DNA of 62,919 bases, filler included. It is 5 parts of 5 records of this genome, joined end to end, with 100 filler letters (N's around TTAATTAATTAA, not from the genome) between each part and the next. Parts side by side here need not be neighbours in the genome. Positions count along the whole stretch, not along the records: positions 56,391 to 62,919 come from SRR2962707_3163; 4 more parts are not named here. One strand, written 5' to 3'. Position numbers and translations under genes: made by a program. Under the pieces are notes generated by a model. The model worked only from the letters and a program-made list of their open reading frames with translations. It ran no database searches and was not told the DNA's origin. Of this stretch, positions 60,214-62,919 are shown one piece after another. How positions within the stretch are numbered: position 1 is the first letter of the stretch; every line of letters begins with the position of its first letter.

Positions 60214-62919
60214 TCACGTTAACCTGCCCGTTGACCACCGAATTTCCTGACAAAGCGTACTGCTCAACACGAACTCTGGGCTATAGCACTGTGCACCTGC
60301 AGCAACAAAGGAGGCGAATAACATTCGAGGTCCACTTGCCCGCAGCCCACAGCGTCGGCGGTAGAAGCAAGTGAACTTACCAAGCTCTCGAAGAGGAGCA
60401 CTACCTCTTTTCGATCCTTGAGGCGCAGCTTTTAGGTCTTTCTCGCACGTAATTACAATAAGCGCGTCGCCACGACGGGAGATGGCAGCTTTGGACGCCT
60501 AACACGCAAAGTTGCACAACACATGTGAGCAGGCGAAGGGAAAGCAATGCAGGAGGAACATAAACGGCATGCGTGACCAATACGTACTGGCAATCGGGCA
60601 ACCACAGTTCCCCCAGCGCACGAGATAACGCCTTTCAGGATCGACGCTGGTGGCTGCACGTTCTTAGTGATGAAAAATGAACGCCCTTCCAAAAGCTTAC
60701 CCCGCGGATTCTGAAGCGCCTTCCAAAACAGAAAAGGACGCACATGGAGTTTTGCGATGAGAATTGATCACATGACAGGCTGCAGCAGCCAGCAAGCCAC
60801 ATCACGACAAGACAACCACCTTTTGCAGGTTAAAGCCGAACTTCTTCTCGCCCGGTTTGTCTTTCAGCGCATGTTTCGACTCCTCAACAAATTCGCCTTT
60901 TGCCACACTCGCCTGCACCCACGACGGGGAAAGCACAAATTGACATCGACTCATCCCTGAAAGGAACTTGGCCTACACGTGCAAGACTTCGCTTTTAAAA
61001 AAGAATACAATCCAAACCCAAACTGTGACGCTGGCCGGGCCAAGTCAGGTACGAACCGTGCGGGCAATTTTGTCCGCAATGAGGTGTGTCGCAATGGAGG
61101 GGTCAGTGACCACATCTGCTCCCATAGCGTTCAGCTTTTTAACAACGCTGGCTGACGGGGCGACTTTCGTGAATAGAATAAACCTGTCCGTCCCTGCAGG
61201 TTGCGACCCTTGCGAAGTTCGCAAAGTGCTGGTTCGCCGCCTGTCCAGACCTACGCAAATATCCCAAGTCAGCAACAGAACTTGTACTTAGTCACAAATG
61301 AGAGGATTGTCTGCGCTTGCTGCAACACACCACCCTCGGATGAGCCTTGGGAAGCTGAACGCCGTGTCGCCCGCCGAGTCATTTTTTTTGGGGCTTCTGC
61401 TTCGCCATCATCGTCAGGATTAGAAATCGATCCGTCTTCGTCATTGGATGCAGTTGTGCTCGCAGAGCGGCGGCCCGATTTGCGACTTTGCTTCCGGGAC
61501 GAGGATCCTGCTCGAGGAGCCTTTGCGTCGGTCTGTTGCTTGTCATCAGCATCGGCATTGCCATCTGCATCGTTTGCATCGCTGCCACTATTTTCTAATC
61601 GAACTCGTAAGGGCGGGACCAAACCTTCTTTGTCTCCGTCGTCGTAATTGATATCTACAGCACCATCCGGATGCACTTTTGCAATGACGCCAGAGTACCA
61701 TTCGCCGTCACCATTGAAGTTGCCCTCCACGCGTTGGCCTTCACTGTAGCCAGAAAACGCAGTATTCATCGGCCCGTCACGTTCAGATTCGACATCAGAG
61801 GCTTTGCGTTTTCGTCGCGACCCGGAACCTCGCACATCATCTTTCGCCGTGTTGGTTGGTGATGAAACGGATTTGGTAAATGTCCCGGCTTTCCTCATTC
61901 GCTTGCGTGCGCCCCCCACAACTGTCACACCAGTTTGCTTCGGCTTCCTATTTCCCACGATTTCGCGTGTTGGGGAAGCAGAAGCGCTCACCTTTCGCTT
62001 GGTGCGTGTTGCTGCAGCTGGCACGCGGTGGGCCGCTTCACCTTCCACGCTGCCTGTGATAGCGTGCTGTTCCTTGGTTGCACCGCTGCCTCCGTGGTTC
62101 TCCTCTGTTTGACCTGTCGCTGCGTTTTCAAGTTTTTGCTCTTCCTCTTGGGAAAGGGTCACAAACCGGCGGCGTGAATTAGGAATTTTACCTCCGCGCA
62201 CACCTGTGGTAGCCTGTGGCGCGGACGTGCCACCGAGTTTCCCTGCTTTTATCACTGAAGCCGGCAAAGGCTGGCCTACCTTTTTGGGGGAGTTGGCTTC
62301 TTCAACAATGCGCTGCGCTTCAGCGTGTGCTGCATTTAGAATGTGCCGCTTTAGTTCTTCAGCTCCAGCAACTAGATTAGCTTCCTGGCAAGCACAACCA
62401 AAGTAGTTTACGAAAGTTAGAGACGAGTACGACAGCACGTTCGCTCACTTAACAAAGCCGCGCGAGCAAATTATTGAACGCCCCACAGCAAAAAAGTATT
62501 TGCGACAACATGTCGCGATCCACCAACCTTCAGGTTTCGCTTCTCCTTTTCGGCGGCAGCTTTCGCTTCCGCGAGAATGCGGGATTTTTCGGCGAGAGCT
62601 TCCTCCAAAATCTGCGCTGCGCGTGACGCTACTGTTGCTGCAGCTTCATCGTCGTCGATTGCTGCAATGTAAGTGCCAGATGGCTGCTCCTCGACAATGC
62701 TTGGATTTGAATTGCTTTGGCCGCCCTTTGAAACTTCAGGCTCGTCTCCGGTATGCTCGCCGGTCCGGTCTTCGTGCTGTCCATCATCCTGACATTTGAT
62801 GGCACCATCAATGCGATCTGCGTCCTTCTTCTTGGTTTGGGCCGCTTTTAGGTCTGTAAACTGTTGCCCAGCCTGACCTTCAACGGGGCCTTGGGCCTGA
62901 TCTTGGGCCTGATCTTGGG
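60214..62919 (-). CDS. Eukaryotic multi-exon gene: Tudor domain plus C-terminal MDC1/PAXIP1-type tandem BRCT (5' truncated)
   Basis: Phase-consistent GT-AG model (minus strand): 62919-62528, 62384-61334 (or 61331), 61250-61057, 60972-60820, 60719-60588, 60498-60381, 60296-60214. Tudor: GQRVEGNFNGDGEWYSGVI...YDDGD. BRCT: ILFT...THLIADKIARTAKFL...W...FGFNL...LLEG...VQPP...CAGG...LIVITC...YSPEFVL. Confidence 0.82.
62889..62919 (-). repeat. 12-bp coding tandem repeat (QDQA) at the contig end
   Basis: (CTTGGGCCTGAT) about 2.5 copies, read on the minus strand as Q-D-Q-A in the open exon frame. Confidence 0.65.

Overview
This window is not one locus. It holds five unrelated contigs joined by artificial 100-nt spacers (N44-TTAATTAATTAA-N44 at 12460-12559, 37915-38014, 50835-50934 and 56291-56390). 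Taxon labels below are inferred from gene content and composition. (1) 1-12459, alphaproteobacterial (Devosia/Pelagibacterium-like): recN-ligA, pepP, prmA, a 47-aa protein behind a LysR-type box, a LexA-like box, and a lower-GC TetR-fabA-S66 peptidase unit. (2) 12560-37914, a similar alphaproteobacterium: a sulfate/thiosulfate ABC system with cysA inverted, followed by an ~18-kb aromatic-acid catabolic region. In that region a VOC-fold (type I) ring-cleavage dioxygenase with a His-to-Tyr change at the second-sphere catalytic position heads galB-galC-galD, next to a two-HTH GalR-type regulator. It also encodes a DUF1932-type oxidoreductase, a GGT-like hydrolase, TTT and TAXI-TRAP transporters, a ThDP enzyme and a LigI-like lactonase. 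This is the best candidate for an undescribed system. (3) 38015-50834, Marinobacter-like housekeeping region: dsbD, epmC, rhlB, pdxB, htpX, alaA, gpx-ohrR and a hybrid kinase. (4) 50935-56290, alphaproteobacterial: xsc, a response regulator, an FkbM methyltransferase, a sulfotransferase, a GMC oxidoreductase and a palindromic REP-like element. (5) 56391-62919, eukaryotic (protist, stramenopile-like): two convergent intron-containing genes, a PDZ-SH3-SH3 scaffold and a Tudor plus MDC1-type tandem-BRCT protein. I found no rRNA, tRNA, CRISPR array, transposase or phage genes. All family calls come from motif recognition without database searches.
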